A stretch of DNA of 64,000 nucleotides from Bordetella parapertussis (GTDB lineage: Bacteria > Pseudomonadota > Gammaproteobacteria > Burkholderiales > Burkholderiaceae_D), in contig CAMCXB010000002.1 in NCBI GenBank assembly GCA_945883145.1, positions 41,825-105,824 on the forward strand. Direction: 5' to 3'. Shown here piece by piece: positions 34,483 through 43,515 of the stretch. Under the pieces are notes generated by a model. That model searched no databases, was not told the DNA's origin, and saw only the letters and a list, made by a program, of their open reading frames with translations. The position numbers were made by a program, and so were the translations under genes. Each line of letters starts with the position of its first letter. The first letter of the stretch is position 1.

Positions 34483-36504
34483 ATGGCAGGGCAACTGAAT
34501 CCCAATCTACTGCTGGTTGTACCTTTGGCTCCCTTAGTCGGTTCGGCTATTGCAGGCTTATTAGGTACGCGTTTCTTTGGTAATGTGATTGGTCGTACTG
34601 CATCACACAGCGTCACCATACTTGGTGTGTTGATTGCAATGCTGATTTCTCTACAAACCTTATCCGAGGTAATGAGTGGTGCTAGCTATAGCGGCACGCT
34701 CTACACATGGATGACAGTCGGTGGCATTAAATTAGAAATAGGTTTTCTGATTGATAGCCTCACCGCCATGATGATGTGTGTCGTGACCTTTGTTTCTTTA
34801 ATGGTGCATATCTATACCATAGGCTACATGGAAGAAGATGAAGGCTATAACCGCTTCTTCTCCTATATTTCCTTATTCACCTTTGCCATGTTAATGCTCG
34901 TGATGAGCAATAACTTCCTGCAACTCTTCTTCGGTTGGGAAGCAGTAGGGCTGGTGTCGTATTTGTTAATTGGTTTCTGGTTCAAACGTCCCACAGCGAT
35001 TTTCGCCAACATGAAAGCCTTCTTGGTGAATCGTGTAGGTGACTTTGGCTTCATACTCGGCATAGGTTTATTACTCGCCTATGCAGGCTCCATGAATTAC
35101 GCAGAAGTGTTTGCTAAGCGTGAGCAACTAGCGCAACTGATGTTGCCTGGTACTGATTGGTTGTTAATCACTGTTGCATGTATCTGCCTCTTCATAGGCG
35201 CGATGGGTAAATCAGCGCAATTCCCATTACATGTGTGGTTGCCAGATTCTATGGAAGGCCCTACACCTATCTCAGCATTGATTCATGCTGCGACAATGGT
35301 GACAGCAGGTATCTTCATGGTGGCGCGTATGTCACCGCTGTTTGAACTCTCCGACACAGCCTTATCGTTTGTGTTGGTGATAGGTTCTATCACAGCGTTA
35401 TTCATGGGCTTTTTAGGCATCATACAAAACGACATTAAACGTGTGGTGGCATATTCCACATTGTCACAACTGGGTTACATGACAGTGGCATTAGGAGCTT
35501 CTGCTTATTCAGTCGCTGTGTTCCACTTAATGACACATGCTTTCTTTAAAGCCTTGCTCTTCTTAGGAGCAGGTGCTGTCATCATCGGCATGCATCATGA
35601 TCAAGACATACGCAACATGGGTGGTTTAAGAAAATACATGCCCATCACATGGATCACCGCTTTGCTAGGTTCACTGGCTTTAATAGGCACACCATTTTTC
35701 TCAGGCTTTTATTCGAAAGACAGCATTATTGAAGCCGTGCATGCAAGCCATATCTGGGGTGCAGAATTTGCGCAGTTTGCCGTGTTAGCGGGTGTGTTTG
35801 TCACAGCGTTTTATTCTTTCCGTATGTACTTCTTAGTCTTTCATGGCAAAGAGCGTTTTGGACAAGCCCATCATCATGCAGCAGATGATCATCATGGTGA
35901 TGAACACCATGGACTCGCCCCCGGTGAAAAACCACATGAAGCACCATGGGTAGTGACCTTGCCGTTAGTCTTACTCGCTATCCCTTCCGTGTTGATAGGT
36001 TATGTTGCGATTGAACCTATGCTGTTTGGCGACTTCTTTAAAGGTGTGATTTTTGTAAATGCATCGCATCCGGCAATGGCAGAGTTAGGTGAACATTTCC
36101 ATAGCGCGACTGCAATGGCAGTGCATGCATTCACTACCTTGCCTTTCATGCTTGCAGTTGGTGGCGTTATCACTGCGTGGTACTTCTACCTCATCAATCC
36201 TGCAGTGCCCACTTGGATTAAAAAACAATTCCATTTTATTTACGTCATTCTTGATAATAAATATTACATGGATAAATTTAATGAAGTGGTCTTTGCAGGT
36301 GGTGCACGTCGCATAGGATCAGCACTCTCCAATGTAGGTGATCGCAACCTTATCGATGGACTGATCGTGAATGGCAGTGGACGCGTTGTGAATTGGTGTT
36401 CCGGTGTAGTGCGTACTTTACAAACCGGCTATATCTATCACTATGCATTTACGATGATTCTTGCCATCGCTCTGTATCTTGGCTATCTGTTAATCACATC
36501 GTGA
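34483..36504 (+). CDS. nuoL: NADH-quinone oxidoreductase subunit L
   Basis: 673-aa antiporter-like subunit (WLPDSMEGPTPISALIHAATMVTAG). Confidence 0.96.
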   Translation: MAGQLNPNLLLVVPLAPLVGSAIAGLLGTRFFGNVIGRTASHSVTILGVLIAMLISLQTLSEVMSGASYSGTLYTWMTVGGIKLEIGFLIDSLTAMMMCVVTFVSLMVHIYTIGYMEEDEGYNRFFSYISLFTFAMLMLVMSNNFLQLFFGWEAVGLVSYLLIGFWFKRPTAIFANMKAFLVNRVGDFGFILGIGLLLAYAGSMNYAEVFAKREQLAQLMLPGTDWLLITVACICLFIGAMGKSAQFPLHVWLPDSMEGPTPISALIHAATMVTAGIFMVARMSPLFELSDTALSFVLVIGSITALFMGFLGIIQNDIKRVVAYSTLSQLGYMTVALGASAYSVAVFHLMTHAFFKALLFLGAGAVIIGMHHDQDIRNMGGLRKYMPITWITALLGSLALIGTPFFSGFYSKDSIIEAVHASHIWGAEFAQFAVLAGVFVTAFYSFRMYFLVFHGKERFGQAHHHAADDHHGDEHHGLAPGEKPHEAPWVVTLPLVLLAIPSVLIGYVAIEPMLFGDFFKGVIFVNASHPAMAELGEHFHSATAMAVHAFTTLPFMLAVGGVITAWYFYLINPAVPTWIKKQFHFIYVILDNKYYMDKFNEVVFAGGARRIGSALSNVGDRNLIDGLIVNGSGRVVNWCSGVVRTLQTGYIYHYAFTMILAIALYLGYLLITS

Positions 36505-36547
36505 TTTTTAATCGGCACTCACACCAGACATCCCAACAATAAATATT

Positions 36548-38038
36548 ATGCTGTCAACTATTTCATATCTGAGTCTAGCTATCTGGGTGCCAATCGCATT
36601 TGGAGCACTAGTGCTGACTAGAGCTGGCGATGAAAACGCAAGAATCGCGAGAATTCTTGCTCTCTTTGGCGCTATCGTTAGTTTTTTAGTGACCTTGCCC
36701 ATAGTGCTCAACTTCGATGTACAAGCACATGGCATGCAGTTTGTGGAAAGCGTGCCTTGGATAGGGCGCTTTAATATTTTCTATGCCTTAGGCATAGATG
36801 GCATCTCTCTGTGGTTCATACCACTGACTGCCTTCATGACCATTATTGTTGTGATTGCAGGTTGGGAAGTCATACAACAACGAGTGTCGCAATACATGGG
36901 TGCCTTCTTGATTTTATCGGGCTTAATGATCGGTGTGTTTTGCGCAATCGATGCCATGTTGTTTTATGTCTTCTTCGAAGCAACGCTGATCCCGATGTTC
37001 ATCATTGTTGGTGTGTGGGGTGGTCCACGTCGTGTGTATGCAGCGATTAAATTCTTCCTCTATACCTTGCTTGGCTCCTTGCTGATGTTGATCGCATTGA
37101 TCTATCTGTATTTCGAATCAGGTGGAAGTTTTGATGTATTGGCATGGCATAAGCTGCCACTCGGCATGACAGCGCAAACATTAGTGTTTTTTGCTTTCTT
37201 GTTTGCCTTTGCAGTCAAAGTCCCAATGTGGCCAGTGCATACTTGGTTGCCTGATGCGCACGTTGAAGCACCGACCGGTGGCTCCGTGATTTTGGCTGCC
37301 ATCATGTTGAAACTCGGTGGCTATGGCTTCTTACGTTTTTCATTGCCAGTCACGCCTGATGCAAGTCATAGCTTAGCTGCCATGATGATCGTACTTTCTT
37401 TAATCGCCGTGATTTATATTGGACTCGTTGCCTTAGTGCAGGCCGACATGAAAAAACTTGTCGCCTATTCATCGATTGCACACATGGGTTTTGTGACCCT
37501 AGGCTTTTTCATGTTTAGTGATATGGCTGTGAATGGCGCCATCATGCAAATGATTTCGCACGGCTTCGTATCCGGTGCGATGTTCTTATGTATAGGCGTG
37601 TTATACGACCGCTTACATTCCCGTGAAATCGCTGATTACGGCGGTGTGATTAACGTCATGCCGCGTTTTGCTGCGCTCTTCATGCTGTTCTCATTAGCCA
37701 ATGCAGGCTTGCCAGCGACATCAGGTTTTATCGGTGAATTCATGGTGATACTTGGCGCTGTTAAATACAACTTCTGGATCGGTGCTTTAGCTGCAACAGC
37801 ATTGATCTTGGGCGCTGCTTATTCACTCTGGTTAGTTAAGCGTGTAGTGTTGGGTGAAATAAAAAATCCTCATGTCACTTCGCTCGCTGATTTAACGGGA
37901 CGAGAATTTTTTATGCTGGGCATACTAGCAATAGCGGTATTGTGGATGGGTGTGTATCCCGCGCCATTTACCGATGCCATGCAAACTTCGGTTAATGATT
38001 TGCTGCAGCATGTGCAGATCAGTAAGCTACCTCACTAA
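36548..38038 (+). CDS. nuoM: NADH-quinone oxidoreductase subunit M
   Basis: 496-aa antiporter-like subunit (WLPDAHVEAPTGGSVILAAIMLKLGGYG). Confidence 0.96.
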   Translation: MLSTISYLSLAIWVPIAFGALVLTRAGDENARIARILALFGAIVSFLVTLPIVLNFDVQAHGMQFVESVPWIGRFNIFYALGIDGISLWFIPLTAFMTIIVVIAGWEVIQQRVSQYMGAFLILSGLMIGVFCAIDAMLFYVFFEATLIPMFIIVGVWGGPRRVYAAIKFFLYTLLGSLLMLIALIYLYFESGGSFDVLAWHKLPLGMTAQTLVFFAFLFAFAVKVPMWPVHTWLPDAHVEAPTGGSVILAAIMLKLGGYGFLRFSLPVTPDASHSLAAMMIVLSLIAVIYIGLVALVQADMKKLVAYSSIAHMGFVTLGFFMFSDMAVNGAIMQMISHGFVSGAMFLCIGVLYDRLHSREIADYGGVINVMPRFAALFMLFSLANAGLPATSGFIGEFMVILGAVKYNFWIGALAATALILGAAYSLWLVKRVVLGEIKNPHVTSLADLTGREFFMLGILAIAVLWMGVYPAPFTDAMQTSVNDLLQHVQISKLPH

Positions 38039-38073
38039 GCTAATTTACTAAGATTTAGGCGAAAGCAGTCACA

Positions 38074-39561
38074 ATGAATGCACTTAATCTGATTCCTGCG
38101 ATAACGGAAATTTTTCTGGTCTTAGCGATCATGCTGATTTTAGTAGTCAGCTTGTTTTTCAAAGAAGAAAACGGTCCTGTTAGCTATACGCTGTCATTAA
38201 TCGTGTTGGCTGTGTGCGCAGCTCTCTCTTTTTATCATTTAGACGCAGGATTAACCACGACAGCCTTTGGCAATATGTTTGTTGCAGATCCACTCGCCAA
38301 CTTACTAAAATTGGCAGCCTGTATCGCTACCGCCATCACACTCATTTATTCACGACTCTATACCAGTGATAGAGGCATGTTGAGTGGTTTTCTGAGTGGT
38401 GAATTTTACGTACTCGCATTGCTGACCTTGTTAGGTCAGATGATTATGATCTCTGGGAACAACTTCCTAATCATTTATCTCGGCCTAGAAATGATGTCCT
38501 TATCACTCTATGCATTGGTAGCATTGCGTCGTGATCATGTCGCTTCAACTGAAGCTTCCATGAAATACTTCATCTTAGGTGCCTTAGCATCAGGTTTCAT
38601 GTTGTATGGCATTTCCATGTTGTATGGTGCAACAGGCACACTAGATCTAAGTCGCGTTGCTACTGCAACCGCAGATGGCACAGCCAATAAAACTATTCTC
38701 GTGTTTGGATTAGTATTCTTGGTCTCTGGTCTTGCATTTAAACTCGGCACAGCACCATTCCACATGTGGGTGCCAGATGTTTATCAAGGCGCGCCAACCT
38801 CAGTCACACTCTTATTAGGTGCTGCACCTAAGTTAGCAGCCTTTGCGATTTGCATACGATTCTTAGTCGAAGGGTTGGGAGCACTAGTCGCTGATTGGCA
38901 GCAAATGCTCACCGTTATGGCAGTGGTCTCTATCGCAGTGGGCAACATCACCGCAATTGCGCAAACCAACATCAAGCGTATGTTGGCGTATTCCACCATC
39001 TCGCAAATGGGCTTCATGTTGCTAGGCTTGTTGTCTGGTTTTTATGCAGGCGCGCCAGCTGATGCTGCAACCAATGCTTATAGTTCAGCTTTGTTCTATG
39101 CACTGACTTATGTCTTCACAACCTTGGGTACATTTGGCATTGTCATGCTGCTGGCACGTCAAGGATTTGAAGCAGATAACTTAGAAGATTACAAAGGACT
39201 CAATCAGCGGAGCCCATGGTTTGCTGCTGTCATGATGATGCTGTTGTTGTCACTCGCAGGCTTGCCACCGATGGTAGGCTTCTACGCCAAGCTTTCAGTC
39301 TTACAAGCCGTGTTTGCAACCGGACAAATTTGGTTAGCCTTGTTTGCCGTGTTGTTCTCATTAATCGGAGCGTATTACTACTTACGCATAATCAAACTCA
39401 TGTACTTTGATGAAGCAGTTGATAAGCATCCAATCGTCATCAATCGCAGCATGGGATTAACACTATCAGCCAATGGACTTGCAGTCTTAGTTGTTGGCAT
39501 ATGGCCAGGTGCATTAATGGCACTGTGCACATACACAATTTCGCGTGTACTAGCATCTTGA
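38074..39561 (+). CDS. nuoN: NADH-quinone oxidoreductase subunit N
   Basis: 495-aa antiporter-like subunit (HMWVPDVYQGAPTSVT). It is the last gene of the nuo operon. Confidence 0.95.
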   Translation: MNALNLIPAITEIFLVLAIMLILVVSLFFKEENGPVSYTLSLIVLAVCAALSFYHLDAGLTTTAFGNMFVADPLANLLKLAACIATAITLIYSRLYTSDRGMLSGFLSGEFYVLALLTLLGQMIMISGNNFLIIYLGLEMMSLSLYALVALRRDHVASTEASMKYFILGALASGFMLYGISMLYGATGTLDLSRVATATADGTANKTILVFGLVFLVSGLAFKLGTAPFHMWVPDVYQGAPTSVTLLLGAAPKLAAFAICIRFLVEGLGALVADWQQMLTVMAVVSIAVGNITAIAQTNIKRMLAYSTISQMGFMLLGLLSGFYAGAPADAATNAYSSALFYALTYVFTTLGTFGIVMLLARQGFEADNLEDYKGLNQRSPWFAAVMMMLLLSLAGLPPMVGFYAKLSVLQAVFATGQIWLALFAVLFSLIGAYYYLRIIKLMYFDEAVDKHPIVINRSMGLTLSANGLAVLVVGIWPGALMALCTYTISRVLAS

Positions 39562-39600
39562 GTAATTCACATTAGCACCACGTACCATTAAAAAAAATAC

Positions 39601-39638
39601 AAAAGCCGATCTGATGAAAAATACAGATCGGCTTTTTT
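39601..39638 (+). terminator. rho-independent terminator of the nuo operon
   Basis: GCCGATCTG-10 nt loop-CAGATCGGC followed by TTTTTT. Confidence 0.75.
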
Positions 39639-39670
39639 AATACCCATCTCAATAACAAACTCTTAGCATC

Positions 39671-40237
39671 ATGGATGAACATCTAAAAGAAAAATTAATC
39701 AGCGGTGAAATCGTCTATGAAGGTGAATTCCTAAAAATCAGACGTGACATCGTTCGTCTGCCAGACGGTAAAGAAACCTCACGCGAATATCTCCGTCATC
39801 CAGGTGCTGTCGTCATCTTGCCTTTGTTGGAAGATGGACGAGTCGTACTAGAGCGTCAGTATCGGTACCCACCTGATCAAGTCTTTATAGAATTCCCAGC
39901 TGGTAAATTGCATGAAGGTGAAGATTCATTACTTTGCGCGCAGCGTGAATTACAAGAAGAAACCGGTTACACCGCAAACAGTTGGCAATATATTTGCACC
40001 ATACATAACGCCATCGCCTATTCAGATGAGCATCTTGACCTTTATCTGGCGCGTGGACTACAAACAGGAAAAGCACAACTTGATGATGGTGAATTCTTAG
40101 ATGTAATCGCCATCCCATTTGAAGAACTCATGACATGGATACAGCAAGGTAAAGTCACCGATGTAAAAACCATCATCGGTGCCTTCTGGTTAGAAAAAAT
40201 CATGCAGGGTAGTTGGACACCGCCAGACAGAAAATAA
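39671..40237 (+). CDS. Nudix hydrolase (ADP-ribose pyrophosphatase-like)
   Basis: Nudix box GKLHEGEDSLLCAQRELQEETGY, 188 aa. It follows nuoN, as in Burkholderiales. Confidence 0.85.
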   Translation: MDEHLKEKLISGEIVYEGEFLKIRRDIVRLPDGKETSREYLRHPGAVVILPLLEDGRVVLERQYRYPPDQVFIEFPAGKLHEGEDSLLCAQRELQEETGYTANSWQYICTIHNAIAYSDEHLDLYLARGLQTGKAQLDDGEFLDVIAIPFEELMTWIQQGKVTDVKTIIGAFWLEKIMQGSWTPPDRK

Positions 40238-40272
40238 TTATCCACCACACTCCACTTTCAGTGAGTAAGTAG

Positions 40273-40311
40273 GGCGCAATACATTGCGCCGAATGGAAAA
40301 GTAAAAATGAG
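40273..40311 (+). repeat. left copy of a 39-bp direct repeat flanking the RTX gene
   Basis: GGCGCAATACATTGCGCCGAATGGAAAAGTAAAAATGAG. It starts with the palindrome GGCGCAAT..ATTGCGCC and matches 43420-43458 at 37 of 39 positions. Confidence 0.9.
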
Positions 40312-40692
40312 TCTAAATGACCTGCGCAAGTAGTAAAGATGCAACATCATTCGTCAGACGCGCAGTAAGAAATAACCCTGCAATTTCTAGATCATTCCAA
40401 GTAGCTTCAGGTGAGTGATAGCTAAGCTTTAGAACTAGCTGTAGCCTTAGCTATAACTGCACGCATAGTACATCCAAAAATAAATGCTTCTAAGTGCATA
40501 TCACCGTACCCATTTAAGATTCATAAAAAAACTCTACAAGAATGCTGCAAATAAAAAAGTGTTGTTTTTTTTCATAAACAACATAGTACATCGCGAAACT
40601 GGATTTCCTTCTCCGTTTTTGATTAGATAGATCGCTGATCGGACATTCACCGACCATCGGACTCTTATCTAAACTTTCAATATGGAGCGAAC

Positions 40693-43383
40693 ATGACTAC
40701 AACTGGAATGATTATTAATGGCACTGAAGGGAACAACCGCTTAACAGGTGGTTCAGGAAATGATGTCATTAACGGCAATGGAGGCAACGATAGACTGAGT
40801 GGTGGATCAGGTGCCGACACACTGAATGGTGGAGCAGGTAAGGATGAACTCAATGGTGGTTCTGGTAATGATGTTTTAGATGGTGGAAGTGGTAGTGATG
40901 AACTCGAAGGTGGTTCAGGCAATGACACCCTCATCTACACCCTTGCAGAGAATAATATCGTAGGTAAGTTTACCTATGATGAATATGAAGGTGGCTCAGG
41001 CACCGACACTCTAGAACTGCGCTTCACTCGTGCTGAGTGGATGAATACATCCAATCAAACAGTGCTACAGAGTTATTTGAATTGGGCGAATCGTTCAGGC
41101 AGTAGTTGCAGATGGGATGATGACTTCACCTTCAGATTTGGTAACGCTAGACTAGAAATAGAGGATATAGAAAAACTGGTTGTGAAAGTGGATGGTGCTG
41201 AAATCGTCAATGCGGGTAAAAATCAATTGGTTGCTAAACTAGATGAAATCGAAATCACTGAAGAAGAAATTGCGGCAAGAAAGATTGATGTCTTATTCAA
41301 TGACAGTAAGGGTGATTTGGTCAAAGAGTTGAAGTTAGAAACTGGTCCTGCAAAAGGGTCAGTCGTACTTGTCAAAGACAATCCTAATAATGCCAATACT
41401 TGGTATTTCAATTACACACCTGATAGTACTCATTATCAGTATTTAAAAGCAGGAGAAACTGCAACTGAAAGCTTTACTTACATGGTCACCGATGCGAAAG
41501 GTCTTAGTGCGACTGGCGCAGTGAATATCAACATTCTAGATGTGAATGACGAGGCAGTGATTACATTTGATAAACCACGCAAATTAATAGAGGATGAAAA
41601 TTCTTCAACTTTATCTTTAATTGGATCTGTAAAACTAGAAGATAAAGATCAAAATGAAAATAATCTATTAACATTCATGCCTGACTCAGGTAACTTAGGT
41701 AGTTTAACTCAATCACCTATCAACGTAAAAGATCCAAATACAGATGAAGTAATCGCAACTAATTACCTTTATTACTTTACTGTTGAAAATAGTAAGGTGC
41801 AATATCTTGCTCAGGGTCAAATTAAACAAGAAACATTTACTATGGTTTCAAAAGATGGAACTTCTAAAACCCTTACCTTCGAGATAGTAGGTGTGAATGA
41901 TGCAGCAGTGATTGGCGATCCAACCAACACTCAAGTAACAGAAGATGCCGGTGATATCGTTGATGGATTCATTACATTAACAGGAGATATAACAATCACC
42001 GATGCTGATAAAGACGAAGCTAGCTTCGTTGCCTCTTTCACTAAGAATAAAGGCGAATTTCTTTTGCAAAGCGATGGAAGCTACACCTATAAATTAAATA
42101 ATGCAGATATACAGTCTTTAAATGCAAGCGATTATCTTTTCGATGATTTTACAATTTTTGCAAAAGACGGCACAGATAAAACGATTCGTATCACGATCAA
42201 TGGCGCTGATGATATTGTGAACAGTGCGCCTGTAGTGAAAGAATTAGGACAAGGCGAAAATAAATATGCAGGTAGTGCGAATGTGGAAGAGTTGATTAAC
42301 TTAGATCACTTCAAATCTACTCCTGCAATCAATACTGATATCAAATACAAAGCAAAATATGATTTTGATCATGTCCGCACGGGTCAATTTACTTTTAGTG
42401 ATTCGGATCTTACAGATACGTTCACTATAACAAGCGAGGCAGCTGGCCTAGAGAGAAATTTAGGAATACTTACTTTCGACGATTATACAAACGCGAAAGA
42501 TTCAAGCGGCAATATTATTGATGGTGAGTATATTGTTAAATGGACTTACACCGTTAAAGATAGTGATCTTGATTCTTTGAATACACCAGCTGCTGGAAGT
42601 TCTAGCAAAGACGATGATTTCATCGTAACCATTAATGATGGCACTACAACAATAGATACTAAAATAATGCTGAATTTATTTGGACGTAATGAGATTGAGT
42701 TTGTTGGTGGGTTTGATGAAGGAAATAATGTTTTTGAGGACACGGATGGGTCTAATAAATTTCCCTCTTCTTCTGCTGGAAAAGATGTGGCGTACGCAGG
42801 AGATGGCAATGATGATTTAAGCAGTAAATCTTTTAGTGAAATAGTGGCATATGGTGAGAATGGTAATGATGTATTGACTTCGAATAGTCTAAATACTGTT
42901 TTTTTTGGTGGAGAAGGTGATGATAATTTATCGTTTCAATTTAGGGTTACAAATATATTAGCTTTGGGTGGAAACGGTAATGACTTTTTTGGTTTTGGGA
43001 GTGATAATACTTCACAAGGAAGAAAAGCTTATATGTGGGGTGGTGCAGGTAGTGATTTTTTCGAGCTGTTTGGAAAATCATCAAAGAGTATTGATTGGGT
43101 AATGGATTTTGATGGACGAAAGCCTATAGATGGTGGAGATAAAATCAATTTCTTTTTAGGTGCAACTGATTATAATTGGGCAATATCTGGAACGAATCTA
43201 GAAAAAAAATCTGCTGATGATAAACACCCGTTCTTAAGTGAGGGTGCAGAATATTATGATTTACAAATTAATCGTAGTGCTGATTTGAATAATCCAATTT
43301 GGTTATCTATATTAAATTTAGTTGGTGTTGATGGTACTGAGATCACCTTACAAGGTTTAATTGATAATGGAAATTTAGTCTAG
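40693..43383 (+). CDS. RTX calcium-binding repeat / cadherin-like (VCBS-type) repeat protein, probable type I secretion substrate or adhesin
   Basis: The N-terminus carries about 7 consecutive GGxGxDxUx nonapeptides (GGSGNDVINGNGGNDRLSGGSGADTLNGGAGKDELNGGSGNDVLDGGSGSDELEGGSGNDTL). The central region has beta-repeat modules ending in ...V.I.I.(D/G)VND(E/A)AVI. Degenerate RTX repeats lie near the C-terminus (GDGNDDL, GENGNDVL, GGEGDDNL, GGNGNDFF, GGAGSDFF). The protein is acidic, with no N-terminal signal peptide. Confidence 0.8.
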   Translation: MTTTGMIINGTEGNNRLTGGSGNDVINGNGGNDRLSGGSGADTLNGGAGKDELNGGSGNDVLDGGSGSDELEGGSGNDTLIYTLAENNIVGKFTYDEYEGGSGTDTLELRFTRAEWMNTSNQTVLQSYLNWANRSGSSCRWDDDFTFRFGNARLEIEDIEKLVVKVDGAEIVNAGKNQLVAKLDEIEITEEEIAARKIDVLFNDSKGDLVKELKLETGPAKGSVVLVKDNPNNANTWYFNYTPDSTHYQYLKAGETATESFTYMVTDAKGLSATGAVNINILDVNDEAVITFDKPRKLIEDENSSTLSLIGSVKLEDKDQNENNLLTFMPDSGNLGSLTQSPINVKDPNTDEVIATNYLYYFTVENSKVQYLAQGQIKQETFTMVSKDGTSKTLTFEIVGVNDAAVIGDPTNTQVTEDAGDIVDGFITLTGDITITDADKDEASFVASFTKNKGEFLLQSDGSYTYKLNNADIQSLNASDYLFDDFTIFAKDGTDKTIRITINGADDIVNSAPVVKELGQGENKYAGSANVEELINLDHFKSTPAINTDIKYKAKYDFDHVRTGQFTFSDSDLTDTFTITSEAAGLERNLGILTFDDYTNAKDSSGNIIDGEYIVKWTYTVKDSDLDSLNTPAAGSSSKDDDFIVTINDGTTTIDTKIMLNLFGRNEIEFVGGFDEGNNVFEDTDGSNKFPSSSAGKDVAYAGDGNDDLSSKSFSEIVAYGENGNDVLTSNSLNTVFFGGEGDDNLSFQFRVTNILALGGNGNDFFGFGSDNTSQGRKAYMWGGAGSDFFELFGKSSKSIDWVMDFDGRKPIDGGDKINFFLGATDYNWAISGTNLEKKSADDKHPFLSEGAEYYDLQINRSADLNNPIWLSILNLVGVDGTEITLQGLIDNGNLV

Positions 43384-43419
43384 TTATAAGCTCTAGCAGT
43401 AGTTTTGCAAGATTCATGC

Positions 43420-43458
43420 GGCGCAATGCATTGCGCCGTATGGAAAAGTAAAAATGAG
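43420..43458 (+). repeat. right copy of the 39-bp direct repeat flanking the RTX gene
   Basis: GGCGCAATGCATTGCGCCGTATGGAAAAGTAAAAATGAG, 37 nt after the RTX stop codon. Confidence 0.9.
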
Positions 43459-43462
43459 GCAT

Positions 43463-43494
43463 AAAAAAACCCGCTTAGTTAAAGCGGGTTTTTT
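43463..43494. terminator. bidirectional rho-independent terminator (RTX gene / rne)
   Basis: AAAAAAA-CCCGCTT-AGTTA-AAGCGGG-TTTTTT between convergent genes. Confidence 0.75.
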
Positions 43495-43515
43495 CATATG
43501 CTGCGAGAAAAATAT

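Noticed and set aside
35860-35940. His/Asp-rich insertion in NuoL (QAHHHAADDHHGDEHHGLAPGEKPHE)
   Set aside because: From memory, comparable His-rich loops occur at this position in NuoL of other Burkholderiales. It is not evidence of anything unusual without a comparison.
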